A DNA stretch of 64,000 nucleotides from Patescibacteria group bacterium (GCA_028715115.1 JAQUSN010000001.1:67314-131313), one strand, 5' to 3'; counted from the first letter of the stretch, positions 48,624 to 58,255 are shown. The notes: generated by a model not told the origin, from the sequence alone. Numbers and translations are program-made.

Positions 48624-50090
48624 ATGAAAGATTATCAGGTAAATCTTATCGACGGCATCAGACCGATAGATAAGATACAACTGGGCTACACAAAACCAAC
48701 TAAGCCGGGCGGCCGCAGCAAGGTTGGTCGTTTTTTGTTTCGTATTTCAGTAATAGTAGTAATCATTGTCGTCTTCTTTTATACTAATATTAATTTTTCA
48801 TCTCAAGGGCTAATCGGCGGCGTTGGCCGTTTGTCGTTTTGGGAAGGTATGGCCCGCCTAGCCTTAGGTAAAGATAAAATCTTAAAAGGAGAGCTGGGCG
48901 ATCGTATTAATATTTTAATTTTAGGCATAGGCGGAGCTGATCATGAAGGGGCCAACCTAACTGATACTATTATCTTAATGAGCATTAAGCCCTCAACTAA
49001 CGAAGTGGTTCTATTTTCTATACCGCGCGATCTGTACGTGCCAACCAAAGAATATGGTTGGCAAAAAATAAACGCCATAAATAGCCTGGCTTCGGCAAAA
49101 GCCAAAGACGGATCAGCCGTAACCAGTAAGATTATCGGCAATCTTTTTGGGACTACGGTTAATTATTGGGTTAAAATAGACTTCGCGGCTTTTAAAGATT
49201 TTGTTGACTGGATGGATGGCGTAGAGATTAATGTCGAAAGATCTTTTATAGACACGCAATATCCGGCCGCCAATTACGAATTCAAAGTAGTAAGTTTTAG
49301 AACCGGCCAGCAACATATGGATGGAACCACGGCCCTACAGTATGCCCGCTCCAGACATGGCAATAATGGCGAGGGCAGCGATTTTGCCCGAATGAAACGA
49401 CAACAAAAATTGTTGTTAGCCATGAAAGAAAAAATGCAACAAAAAAACTATATCACTTCGGCTACCAAACTTTGGGAGGCTTATAATATTTTTAATCGGC
49501 GCATCGCCACCAACCTGGATTTTTCTGAAATGATCAGGCTCGGCAAAATGATGACCAGCTTTACCGAAAATAAAATTAAAAATTATACTTTTGAAGAAGA
49601 ACCAACCGGCCCCCTGTATTCAGAAATCATTTCTACCGGCGCCTATGTGTTAAGACCTAAAGACGGTAATTTTAACCTATTGGCCGAACCAATAAAAAAT
49701 GCTTTTAAAAATAACGCCGCTTCTTTGCCGACTCAAGGCCAAACAAACAATGAAAATATTAACGAATCGCCAATAACCAATATCACAAATAATGAAACGA
49801 GTCCTGCCGGCGCCAAACCGCAAATAATTATTTTGAACGGCACGAAAATTACCGGCCTAGCCCAGCAAATAAAAGGGCAATTAGAAAAACTTGACTACCA
49901 AATAATTAGTATAGGCAATGCGAGCACACAAAATTATACCAAAACAATAATTTACACTGTTGGTTCAGAGACCAACAGATTAAACGAATTAAAAAACGTC
50001 TTACGGGCCGATGCCGAATCTCTGCCCAATGCACTTAAATATTTAGTCACGCCGAATATTAATTTTTTGATTATTTTAGGTACTAACTAA
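48624..50090 (+). CDS. LytR-CpsA-Psr (LCP) family cell-envelope polymer transferase
   Basis: 488 aa; N-terminal TM anchor; LCP core ...INILILGIGGADHEGANLTDTIILMS...FSIPRDLYV. Confidence 0.8.
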   Translation: MKDYQVNLIDGIRPIDKIQLGYTKPTKPGGRSKVGRFLFRISVIVVIIVVFFYTNINFSSQGLIGGVGRLSFWEGMARLALGKDKILKGELGDRINILILGIGGADHEGANLTDTIILMSIKPSTNEVVLFSIPRDLYVPTKEYGWQKINAINSLASAKAKDGSAVTSKIIGNLFGTTVNYWVKIDFAAFKDFVDWMDGVEINVERSFIDTQYPAANYEFKVVSFRTGQQHMDGTTALQYARSRHGNNGEGSDFARMKRQQKLLLAMKEKMQQKNYITSATKLWEAYNIFNRRIATNLDFSEMIRLGKMMTSFTENKIKNYTFEEEPTGPLYSEIISTGAYVLRPKDGNFNLLAEPIKNAFKNNAASLPTQGQTNNENINESPITNITNNETSPAGAKPQIIILNGTKITGLAQQIKGQLEKLDYQIISIGNASTQNYTKTIIYTVGSETNRLNELKNVLRADAESLPNALKYLVTPNINFLIILGTN

Positions 50091-50098
50091 CACATTGT

Positions 50099-51454
50099 AT
50101 GGCATACCCAAAAGTAGTTCTTGTCGGACAGATCAATGCCGGAAAATCTTCCCTTTTTAACCGTATTATCTCTAGGCAAAAAGCGTTAGTTTCAAAAACT
50201 CCCGGAACAACACGTGATCGCAATTATGCGGAAAGCGAATGGCAAGGAAAAAAATTTACTTTAGTTGATAGCGCCGGTTTTGAAAAAAGAATTAGCTTGG
50301 CCCAAGATTCTCTGTCGGCTGAATATTCTTCAATATTACAACAAGCCATTAAAAAACAAATCGAGCTTGCCATTGCCGAAGCAGATTTGATTTTATTTCT
50401 AATCGATATTCAGCAAGGCACTAACCAATTAGACATTGAGATGGCTAAGATGATTAAAAAAAATAAAAAACCTGTTATCTTGGTTTTGAATAAAGCTGAC
50501 AGCTCTAAGTGGGTAAATGAAGCAAATGACTCTGCTTATTGGAATCTGGGCTTAGGTGAACCGCGAGCAGTCTCGGCCGTCACCGGATTAGGAATAGGCG
50601 ATTTGCTTGACGAAGTCGCCAAAAAAATAAAACGCGGAGCGGGCGATAAAAAAAACACCATGCCAGCTATTCGCGTCGCCATCGCCGGCAGGCCTAACGT
50701 GGGCAAATCCAGTTTGATTAATGCCATCTTGGGAGAAGAGCGGGTTATTGTTTCGCCGGTTGCCCACACCACGCGCGAACCACAAGACACGCTTTTTTAT
50801 TTTAACGATAAGCCAATTGTTTTTATTGATACGGCTGGTATTAGAAAAAAATCTAAAGTTAAACCGGATATTGAAAAAACCGGCGTATTAATGTCGCTTA
50901 AAGCTATTCGTAAAGCTGATATTATTGTTTTGGTCTTGGATATTAGCGAAAAAATTAGCCATCAAGACAAGGCTTTGGTTGATTTGATAGTCGAAGCTGG
51001 CAGAGGATTAATCCTGGCTATAAATAAAATCGACCTAGAAAACAACTTTAATAATAAGTTCGAAAAGTTTATCGAATATTATCAATGGAATTTGCCCGGA
51101 GCTAGTTGGGCGCCAATTATATTTATTTCTACTAAAACGAAGCAAAACGTCAATGAAATTTTAAACCTGATTGAATGTGTCGAAACCAATCGTCAACGAA
51201 AAATCTCCGAAAAAGATTTAACCGATTTTATAAAACAAGTCGTCTTAACTAAAAAATTCCGCGATAAATGGTGGGCTCAAGTAAAATTTACTCAAATTGA
51301 CATTAACCCACCGCAGTTTTTACTTCTGATTCCACCTCTGGCGGCTAAAAGAAAGTTGCTCTCCCCGGCTCAACTTGCTATAATAGAAAAAAGCCTGCGA
51401 CAAAAATGGTCCCTTGAGGGCACTTCCATTAAAATTAGCACTGGCGTTTTATAA
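50099..51454 (+). CDS. der: Ribosome biogenesis GTPase Der (EngA), tandem GTPase domains plus KH-like C-terminus
   Basis: 451 aa; two G1 P-loops (GQINAGKSS, GRPNVGKSS), DTAG motifs and NKAD/NKID G4 motifs. Confidence 0.9.
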   Translation: MAYPKVVLVGQINAGKSSLFNRIISRQKALVSKTPGTTRDRNYAESEWQGKKFTLVDSAGFEKRISLAQDSLSAEYSSILQQAIKKQIELAIAEADLILFLIDIQQGTNQLDIEMAKMIKKNKKPVILVLNKADSSKWVNEANDSAYWNLGLGEPRAVSAVTGLGIGDLLDEVAKKIKRGAGDKKNTMPAIRVAIAGRPNVGKSSLINAILGEERVIVSPVAHTTREPQDTLFYFNDKPIVFIDTAGIRKKSKVKPDIEKTGVLMSLKAIRKADIIVLVLDISEKISHQDKALVDLIVEAGRGLILAINKIDLENNFNNKFEKFIEYYQWNLPGASWAPIIFISTKTKQNVNEILNLIECVETNRQRKISEKDLTDFIKQVVLTKKFRDKWWAQVKFTQIDINPPQFLLLIPPLAAKRKLLSPAQLAIIEKSLRQKWSLEGTSIKISTGVL

Positions 51455-51499
51455 AGGGCTTCGCCCCTTGTTGCCAGCGCTCATTCGGCAATAAATTTT

Positions 51500-52057
51500 A
51501 TGTTCGCTATTATTGGTTTAGGCAATCCCGGAAAAAAATACGCCGACACGCGCCATAACGCGGGCTGGCAAATTTTAGATTCGCTGTCTGGCAAATTAAA
51601 ATGGTCAAGCAGCAAACATTCTCCTATAAGCTATTGCTGGAAAGACATTAATGGGCAATCAATTGAACTAGTTAAACCGACTACTTTCATGAATAAATCC
51701 GGCCTAGCCATCGGTCATCTTGTTAAAAAACACCAGCTTAAGCCCCAAGATCTTATTGTCGTTCATGATGACAAAGACTTGCCCTTGGGAAAATTAAGAA
51801 TTCAAATTAATCATGGAGCCGCCGGCCACAACGGCGTTAAATCTATCATCGAACATCTGAAATCAACCAACTTTATCCGTGTTCGCATCGGTATTCAGTC
51901 GGACGAAACAGAAAACACGCCGGCAGAAAAATTAGTATTACAAAAATTCTCAAAAAAAGAAAAATTGATTTTAAAAAAAGTGATTAACCAGGCCAACGAA
52001 GCGATAAAAATGATTATTGAAAAAGGATTAAATAAGGCCATGAGCAAGTTTAATTAA
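51500..52057 (+). CDS. pth: Peptidyl-tRNA hydrolase
   Basis: 185 aa; MFAIIGLGNPGKKYADTRHNAGW motif, VVHDD. Confidence 0.9.
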   Translation: MFAIIGLGNPGKKYADTRHNAGWQILDSLSGKLKWSSSKHSPISYCWKDINGQSIELVKPTTFMNKSGLAIGHLVKKHQLKPQDLIVVHDDKDLPLGKLRIQINHGAAGHNGVKSIIEHLKSTNFIRVRIGIQSDETENTPAEKLVLQKFSKKEKLILKKVINQANEAIKMIIEKGLNKAMSKFN

Positions 52058-52069
52058 AATTTTTCTTAA

Positions 52070-52104
52070 GTAAAAATCGCTAAACTATTTTTGGCGATTT
52101 TTAC
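52070..52104 (+). terminator. Hairpin GTAAAAATCGC-N13-GCGATTTTTAC (pth terminator)
   Basis: Perfect 11 bp stem 12 bp after the pth stop. Confidence 0.55.
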
Positions 52105-52114
52105 TTAACACAAA

Positions 52115-52136
52115 AGGGGCTGCGTTAGCAGCCCCT
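52115..52136 (-). terminator. Hairpin AGGGGCTGC-gtta-GCAGCCCCT downstream of the island 4 gene
   Basis: Perfect 9 bp GC stem, 22 bp 3' of the minus-strand stop at 52159. Confidence 0.55.
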
Positions 52137-52158
52137 AAGTCGTATTCATAACCACCTC

Positions 52159-52536
52159 CTATCGAACAATCTGGTAGTACGTGGTTAGCGTATCGCCCAG
52201 ACCCTTGCGCCAGAACATTATCATTACTTCGTCTCCATATTCCACGAAACAGTCGCGGCGCGCTTCTCCATAGCAGCTGAGATAGACCCAGAACTTACTG
52301 CTGTAGGTGCCGTCGTTCTCGCGGACCGAAACCTCCAACCACATGGGCTGTTGGCCCTCATTGTACACTTCGGCGCTCTGGTTGGGAACGTGCAAGTACA
52401 AATACACATCCCCAGAAAAGACCAAACCCTGCTGGTCGACGTTCCACGTTTCTACGGGGAAAAACGACTGACAGGCTGGGCCACCAAAGAGAACCAGGGC
52501 CGAAAAGAACAAGAACAGCCTCCCGGCTGTTTTCAT
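52159..52536 (-). CDS. Small secreted protein (GC-rich island 4)
   Basis: 125 aa; signal peptide MKTAGRLFLFFSALVLFGGPAC; AAAGGAG RBS 8 nt before the ATG; coding GC about 55% by eye. Confidence 0.5.
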   Translation of the reverse strand: MKTAGRLFLFFSALVLFGGPACQSFFPVETWNVDQQGLVFSGDVYLYLHVPNQSAEVYNEGQQPMWLEVSVRENDGTYSSKFWVYLSCYGEARRDCFVEYGDEVMIMFWRKGLGDTLTTYYQIVR

Positions 52537-53042
52537 GATACTCTCCTTTCGTGAAGGCTTGTTTGTCCCTCACTCTTATGCCCCTCAGCCTATGACCTAC
52601 GCTAGATAAACTAGATCAATCATAAATTGTGGCTACTTCCTGACTAGGAGGGATTGTCAGTTTCACCGCTGAGGAGCAGAAGAGTAAAGAACAATTCATT
52701 CATTCATATTAATATCATAACAGATTTTTTGACTTTTGTCAACCCCCCACCCTAAACTTTTTGGCGGGGTTAAGCCCGCACTTGAAATTTATAGGTAAGA
52801 GATCAAGAGGAAGGTGTTGCCTATAATAATTTTTTTTAATATAATAAAGGTAGTCCCTCCTCGCCCAGCTAGCTGATTCGAGGTGCTCCCGCCAGCCGTC
52901 GCCTGCCAGATGTTATAGTAAATAAAATTTAGATACGCCCTGCTAATAATAAACATTGAAAACACTTTGACTTATGGTAGGCAGGCCAAAATTCTAAGAA
53001 AAATTTTACAAATTGTGTGCTTAATTTTCTAATAATCTTAGT

Positions 53043-54731
53043 ATGAAAAAGCTTCTGCCTTACATTATAATTTTCCTGCTAGTTTTAGGATTTTTCACCT
53101 TTTTGCAGTCCGCACCGCGACTAGGCGACGGTGATTCTTTTTATCACGCCAAAATTACCGAATTAATGATTCAGGGTCGTGCACCGGTTAAAATTTTTCC
53201 TTGGCTGCCTTACACAATTTTAAACAACTTCTATTACGACCATCATTTTTTGTTTCATATCTATCTTGTTCCTTTTCTTCTACTGATTGGCCAACCGTTG
53301 GTAGCTATTAAGGTCGGGACGATAATTTTGGGCGCACTTTTTGTCACCGTGCTCTATTGGTTTTTACGCCGCTATCAAATTAAATACGCACTGCTTTATC
53401 TTATTCCAGCCATCACTTCATATGTGCTAATCGTCAGATTAAATTTAGATAAAGCACCTGGCGCTTCGCTAATTTTCTTCTTGCTGGGCATTTATTTCAT
53501 TTTACAAAGAAAAAAAATTGCCCTAGCAATTTTGTCTTTTTTGTATGTTTGGCTTTATGACGCCTGGCCGATTATTTTAATCACCACCCTGGCTTATTGC
53601 TTGGCTGTCGCCATTAAATCCGTTATCGATGATTGGCCCGCCTTAAGCAAAACTTTGGATAAAAAACTACTAAAGCAGGTTTTATTCTTTATTAAAAAAA
53701 CCTTTGTTGGTTTTTTCAGTAAATCAAATCTAGCTCTCTTGGGGTCGTGCCTGATTGGCTTGATAGCCGGTATTGTTATCAATCCATACTTCCCTAATGA
53801 TTTAAAGTTTTTCTGGGTTCATATCGTCAAAATCGGCATTTTCACACCAGGCTTAAAATACGGAGTTGGCGCTGAATGGTATCCTTACGACACCATTGCT
53901 CTGGTAAAAGAAAATATTTTAATCATGGCTCTTTGGCTATTTACAGTAGCTTGGTTCTTGGTTAGTTTTAAAAAACCAAGTAAAACCTTTCCTGAGGTAG
54001 AACCGCTTTTACCTCAACTCGGGCAAAGCAAAGAATCACTGTTTCTTGTTATTCTAAATACCTTTTTCTTTTTATACACGCTTAAGGCCAGGCGCATAGC
54101 TGAATATTTTATTCCGCTCACGGCCATCACCGCGGCTTTTGTTTTAAATAAAGCCATAAAAAATATTAACTTTAAAGAATTTTGGCAAGAAATAAAAAAC
54201 GTATTCCTTAAGCCACGATTCATTTTAATAAGCATGCTCATCGCCCTGTTGATTGTAGTCTCGCTGGGCGCCCTAATCGGATCAATCATAAAAATTCAGC
54301 AAAATACTTTTAATTATTTCCGTCAAACCGCGCCAGCTTTTGACAGATTCTCCGGCGTCACTAACTTTATGAAAAACAACACGCCGGCCCGTTCGATCGT
54401 TTTCCATAATTCCTGGGCTTCATTTCCTGAATTCTTCTATCACGACGATAATAATTATTATATCACCGGCCTCGACTCAACGTTCTTCTATGACCCTAAT
54501 CCTAGATTATATAATCTTTGGAAAGATATTACTCAGGCAAAAATTTCAAACAACTTAGCCGCAGAAATAAAAAATAACTTTAAAGCCGATTATGTTTTGG
54601 TCCAAAAAGAAGATGCTTTGTATAGAAATAACGAAACTCAAAATCTCATAAATATCATAAACGCCGATTCTCATTTTCAAAAATTATACGAAGATAAAGA
54701 AGCTATTTTTTATCAAATTAGCGGGATATGA
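53043..54731 (+). CDS. Polytopic membrane protein, GT-C-type (ArnT/PMT-like) glycosyltransferase candidate
   Basis: 562 aa; 11 or more TM helices; first extracytoplasmic loop carries GDGDSFYH, where GT-C enzymes have an acidic loop motif. Confidence 0.4.
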   Translation: MKKLLPYIIIFLLVLGFFTFLQSAPRLGDGDSFYHAKITELMIQGRAPVKIFPWLPYTILNNFYYDHHFLFHIYLVPFLLLIGQPLVAIKVGTIILGALFVTVLYWFLRRYQIKYALLYLIPAITSYVLIVRLNLDKAPGASLIFFLLGIYFILQRKKIALAILSFLYVWLYDAWPIILITTLAYCLAVAIKSVIDDWPALSKTLDKKLLKQVLFFIKKTFVGFFSKSNLALLGSCLIGLIAGIVINPYFPNDLKFFWVHIVKIGIFTPGLKYGVGAEWYPYDTIALVKENILIMALWLFTVAWFLVSFKKPSKTFPEVEPLLPQLGQSKESLFLVILNTFFFLYTLKARRIAEYFIPLTAITAAFVLNKAIKNINFKEFWQEIKNVFLKPRFILISMLIALLIVVSLGALIGSIIKIQQNTFNYFRQTAPAFDRFSGVTNFMKNNTPARSIVFHNSWASFPEFFYHDDNNYYITGLDSTFFYDPNPRLYNLWKDITQAKISNNLAAEIKNNFKADYVLVQKEDALYRNNETQNLINIINADSHFQKLYEDKEAIFYQISGI

Positions 54732-55948
54732 CTTTAAACAAAAATAATTCCAATAAAATAACCATTGTTTTTTTAATCGGAATAGCCATAATTATCCGCT
54801 TGATTTTGGCCCTTATTAATGTCTATCCGTTTGATTTTTGGTGTTTTGGCCAATGGACGGCCAGAATCTTATCGTTAAACAATGCTTTTAATTGGTCAGA
54901 TCTTTATCTCAACCTGCCACCTGAAACGGTTTATCCGGTACTGCCAGTCGCCCTTTATGGCTATGGATTATTCGGTTTTTTGGGAAAAATAATTTTCGGC
55001 CATCAGCTTTTTACTTCGCCGTTTATTGCCCGCATTGTTTTAAAACTACTAGCCATTGTTTCCGATTTATTAGTCGGATTTTTTATTTATAAACTGCTAG
55101 TACCGAAATTTTCTAAGACAAAAGCCATAGTTATTTCTTTGTTTTTCTTACTTAATCCGGCGGTGTTTTTTGTCTCCAGTTTATGGGGGCAAATCGACGC
55201 CTTGGGCGCTTTAATGGTTTTAATCAGTGTTTATTTTTTGAATAAAAAATTCTACCGCTGGGCCTGGATTTTTATTTTCTTAGCTATTTTAGCAAAACTG
55301 CAAAGTATTTTTTTCCTGCCCTTAATTTTTGTTCTGGACTTCTGGAATAATCACTGGCGTAAAACTATTATTAATGTCGCGGTTGCTTCTTTAGCTGTTT
55401 TTGTAATTTTGTTGCCCTTTATGGCCGCTTTATTAAAATTATTATATATTATGTTTTCCGGTGCTGGTTTTTACGCCTATTTATCGATCAATGCCTTCAA
55501 TTTTTGGCAAATTTTTCAATGGCGGCCAATCCATCTGAATTTCATCGCAGAAAACCATTGGTATCTTTTCGCGGCCCTGATTATTTTCGCTGTTTTCTAT
55601 TTTTTGATTTTGAAAAAATTACTCAAAAATCAAAATACTTATAATTTAACTTTTGCTTGCCTGCTGATCGCCTTTAGCGCTTTTATGTTTTTAACGAAAA
55701 TGCATGAAAGATATCTTTTCCCGGCGATTATGTTTATGCCGATTCTTTTGTCTTGGCAAAAAAAATATTTGGCCAACTATATTCTAATTTCCTTGTGTTA
55801 TTTGGCTAATTTGATTTACGCGCTTTTTGCCATTAAAGCCCTCTACCAAATATCTATTGTTTTTGCGATATTGAATTTAGCTAATTTTGCGCATCTTTTT
55901 TATGATTACTACCAACAAAAAAATTCTAATCGTCCTACCCACCCTTAA
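54728..55948 (+). CDS. Polytopic membrane protein, GT-C-like (DUF2029/mannosyltransferase-like)
   Basis: 406 aa; about 10 TM helices; ATGA overlap with the upstream gene. Confidence 0.4.
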   Translation: MTLNKNNSNKITIVFLIGIAIIIRLILALINVYPFDFWCFGQWTARILSLNNAFNWSDLYLNLPPETVYPVLPVALYGYGLFGFLGKIIFGHQLFTSPFIARIVLKLLAIVSDLLVGFFIYKLLVPKFSKTKAIVISLFFLLNPAVFFVSSLWGQIDALGALMVLISVYFLNKKFYRWAWIFIFLAILAKLQSIFFLPLIFVLDFWNNHWRKTIINVAVASLAVFVILLPFMAALLKLLYIMFSGAGFYAYLSINAFNFWQIFQWRPIHLNFIAENHWYLFAALIIFAVFYFLILKKLLKNQNTYNLTFACLLIAFSAFMFLTKMHERYLFPAIMFMPILLSWQKKYLANYILISLCYLANLIYALFAIKALYQISIVFAILNLANFAHLFYDYYQQKNSNRPTHP

Positions 55949-56642
55949 TGAAGAAAGGGCCTTGAGCGAAAACGTTAAGCGTGTTTTTGATTTCTGCCAA
56001 GATAATTTAAGTAATTATGATTGGCAAATTTTAATTGCCGACAATGGTTCAACTGACAACACGGTTTACATTTCACAGAACCTAACCAACCAACACCCCA
56101 GAATAACATATTTTCATCTAGATCAACCAGGGCGCGGCCGAGCCATGAAAAAGGCCTGGCTAGAAAATGAAGCTGATGTTTATTTATATATGGATGCTGA
56201 CCTGGCTACGGATTTAAAATATTTACCCCCGCTAATTAAAGCAATTACTGATGAAGGTTTTGATTTGGCGACCGGTTCACGATTAAAAAGAGGAGCAAAA
56301 ATTTCGCGATCTCTATTTAGAGAAATATCGTCACGAACTTATAATTTAATTTTGAGAGTTATTTTTCCGAAATATAAAATCCAGGATTCCCAGTGCGGCT
56401 TTAAAGCTATTTCTCAGCGCGTAAAAATTAAGGTTTTACCTTCAGTCAAAGATCCAATTTGGTTTTTTGACACCGAATTATTTATTCGAGCCAATGAATT
56501 GGGTTTCAAAATTAAAGAAATTCCTGTCGAGTGGCAGGACAATAAATTCGTCAAAAGAAAGACTCGAGTTAAAATTTTAAAAACCGTTACCGACGATTTA
56601 AGAGAAATTATAAAATTAAAAATAGAATTACTAAAAAAATAA
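55902..56642 (+). CDS. GT2 glycosyltransferase, polyprenyl-phosphate sugar synthase (DPM1/DPG-like)
   Basis: KKILIVLPTLNEE...ILIADNGSTDNT...YMDADL motifs. The likely start is the ATG at 55902; the track ORF begins at 55887. Confidence 0.75.
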   Translation: MITTNKKILIVLPTLNEERALSENVKRVFDFCQDNLSNYDWQILIADNGSTDNTVYISQNLTNQHPRITYFHLDQPGRGRAMKKAWLENEADVYLYMDADLATDLKYLPPLIKAITDEGFDLATGSRLKRGAKISRSLFREISSRTYNLILRVIFPKYKIQDSQCGFKAISQRVKIKVLPSVKDPIWFFDTELFIRANELGFKIKEIPVEWQDNKFVKRKTRVKILKTVTDDLREIIKLKIELLKK

Positions 56643-56805
56643 AAGTAGCTTTACGGACTTGCCCAGTTAGAACAACTTTACTAATACCCTAGTTTCGACC
56701 CATTTTGGTCGTTTTTTAAATTAATATAATATTTTAGTGAATAAACTATTTAACAATACTAGATGAGGCATTGAGGGGGAGAAACGTAAAATTTTCTAAC
56801 TGGGG

Positions 56806-56834
56806 TTGACAAAAAGACAAAAATATGATAGAAT
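56806..56834 (+). promoter_or_regulatory. Consensus promoter TTGACA-N17-TAGAAT for the island 5 lipoprotein gene
   Basis: TTGACA at 56806-56811, TAGAAT at 56829-56834; directly preceded by the 18 bp repeat TAAAATTTTCTAACTGGG. Confidence 0.6.
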
Positions 56835-56903
56835 CTTAATAAGATATGGGGCCGTACTAGGAGGTATGGCCTTCTATGTCGAAGTAGAAACAAAGGAGGT
56901 ACT

Positions 56904-57711
56904 GTGAAGTTCGTTACCACCCTACTGATCGCCATAATGGCGGTCATGTTCGTCGGCTGCGCCACCACCGGCATTACGCCGAATCCCACCGCCGGCTTCA
57001 GGTTTGAGTCGCAGGTAGTCGGTGACCCCCGAGACCGGCCTGCAGACACCAATCGCCAGCGCCGAAGTCTCTATCTCCGGCGCCAACATCCAAGACAGAG
57101 CCCTGCGGGATACGATCATAAAGAACGTCAAGGGCAAATTCGACGAGTTGGTTGACCAATGCCTTCAGTTCAACAACCTCGTCCTAACCAAGGCTGTTCT
57201 GGATATAAAAAAGCGGGATGCCGAAGACTCTATCTTAAGAGCGCAGGGCGTGATCAAGGCCAAGGTGGGCATCATCAACGGCTCTAACCAAGAGCTGTAT
57301 GTGGTGGTCCCATCTCAAGACCGAGGCGTTCGAGTCTGTCCAATACAGACTGCCAAGGTTAACAAGGTGAATGGCAACATTCTCTACCTGACACCAAATT
57401 CCAAAGTACCCCTCGTTGTTCAGAGCAAAGTCAACGGGCGCTGGAGCAAAACGTACACCACTGTCATCGACGTTCCCTACGCAGCTCCAGAAGACCGCAA
57501 GCCCTATCGTGACCTAAACAACGAAGGCTACGACCTCATCTACATCATCAACCTCGACGAGATGAAGCCCGCTTCAACCTCAATCGGAGCTGGCGCAACC
57601 GGAAGTATTGGTGGGGTAGAAAATACCCGTTGCTGCCACAACGACCCAGCCTACTGGCGAACAGCCGGATTCAATGTATATGGGTCCGGACCCGGCGATC
57701 GATTGCGGTAG
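56904..57711 (+). pseudogene. Frameshifted lipoprotein gene (GC-rich island 5)
   Basis: GTG at 56904 after AAGGAGG gives VKFVTTLLIAIMAVMFVGC (lipoprotein signal with lipobox Cys), but that frame becomes Arg-rich nonsense and stops at 57155. The 229-codon protein-like body (57022-57711) is in the +1 frame. Deleting one C from the C5 run at 57026-57030 fuses them (...ESQVVGDPETGLQTPIASAEV...). Confidence 0.55.
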
Positions 57712-57742
57712 ACAAGTGCGGTAGGCAAGAACTTCGAAACAA

Positions 57743-57775
57743 AAGGGACGCCCCTACGGGCGTCCCTTCCATTTT
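57743..57775 (+). terminator. Hairpin AAGGGACGCCC-ctac-GGGCGTCCCTT + CCATTTTACT
   Basis: Perfect 11 bp GC stem 31 bp after the stop; right edge of island 5. Confidence 0.6.
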
Positions 57776-57805
57776 ACTATATTGATATTATTTTTTAGCC
57801 ATCAA

Positions 57806-58225
57806 TTAGGGAGTCGGCGCAACCACGTATTTGATTCTGGAAAGAACAAACATGGCCAAGGCGTAAGAAATCAAAATAATAAATAGGCCGATCACGCCGT
57901 TCATCATTAAAGATTTAGCCTTAGTAATCTTTTCTTCATTGCCGCCGGAGGTCATCCACTGGAAACCACCGATAATGATAATGACCACGGCAATTAGGCC
58001 AAGGAAGCCTAAAACAATGCGAACAATTCGGCCAACAATAATGGCTAGGTCGGTTTGTCCGCAAATTTCCGCCGTACAAGCAGTTCTCTCTAGCTCTTCA
58101 ACTTGAGCATAAGAGGTTAGTACCGGCGCTATGGCTAAAAATATCATAATTAAAAGGCTAACCGCAATTAAATGACGGCTAACCTTTTTAGTTATACTAA
58201 TATTCATTAAATGCTTCATGAACAT
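57806..58225 (-). CDS. Small membrane protein, TrbC/VirB2-pilin-like architecture (paralog 1 of 4)
   Basis: 139 aa; signal/TM segment, then IGRIVRIVLGFLGLIAVVIIIIGGFQWMTSGGNEEKI, then a second TM helix. Confidence 0.45.
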   Translation of the reverse strand: MFMKHLMNISITKKVSRHLIAVSLLIMIFLAIAPVLTSYAQVEELERTACTAEICGQTDLAIIVGRIVRIVLGFLGLIAVVIIIIGGFQWMTSGGNEEKITKAKSLMMNGVIGLFIILISYALAMFVLSRIKYVVAPTP

Positions 58226-58255
58226 TAAAATGAATTATAAAAAATCACTCAATTA

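Noticed and set aside
5850-57775. Diversity-generating retroelement (common in CPR) as the explanation for the variable surface genes
   Set aside because: No reverse transcriptase ORF and no template/variable repeat pair with adenine-specific mismatches was found in the window.
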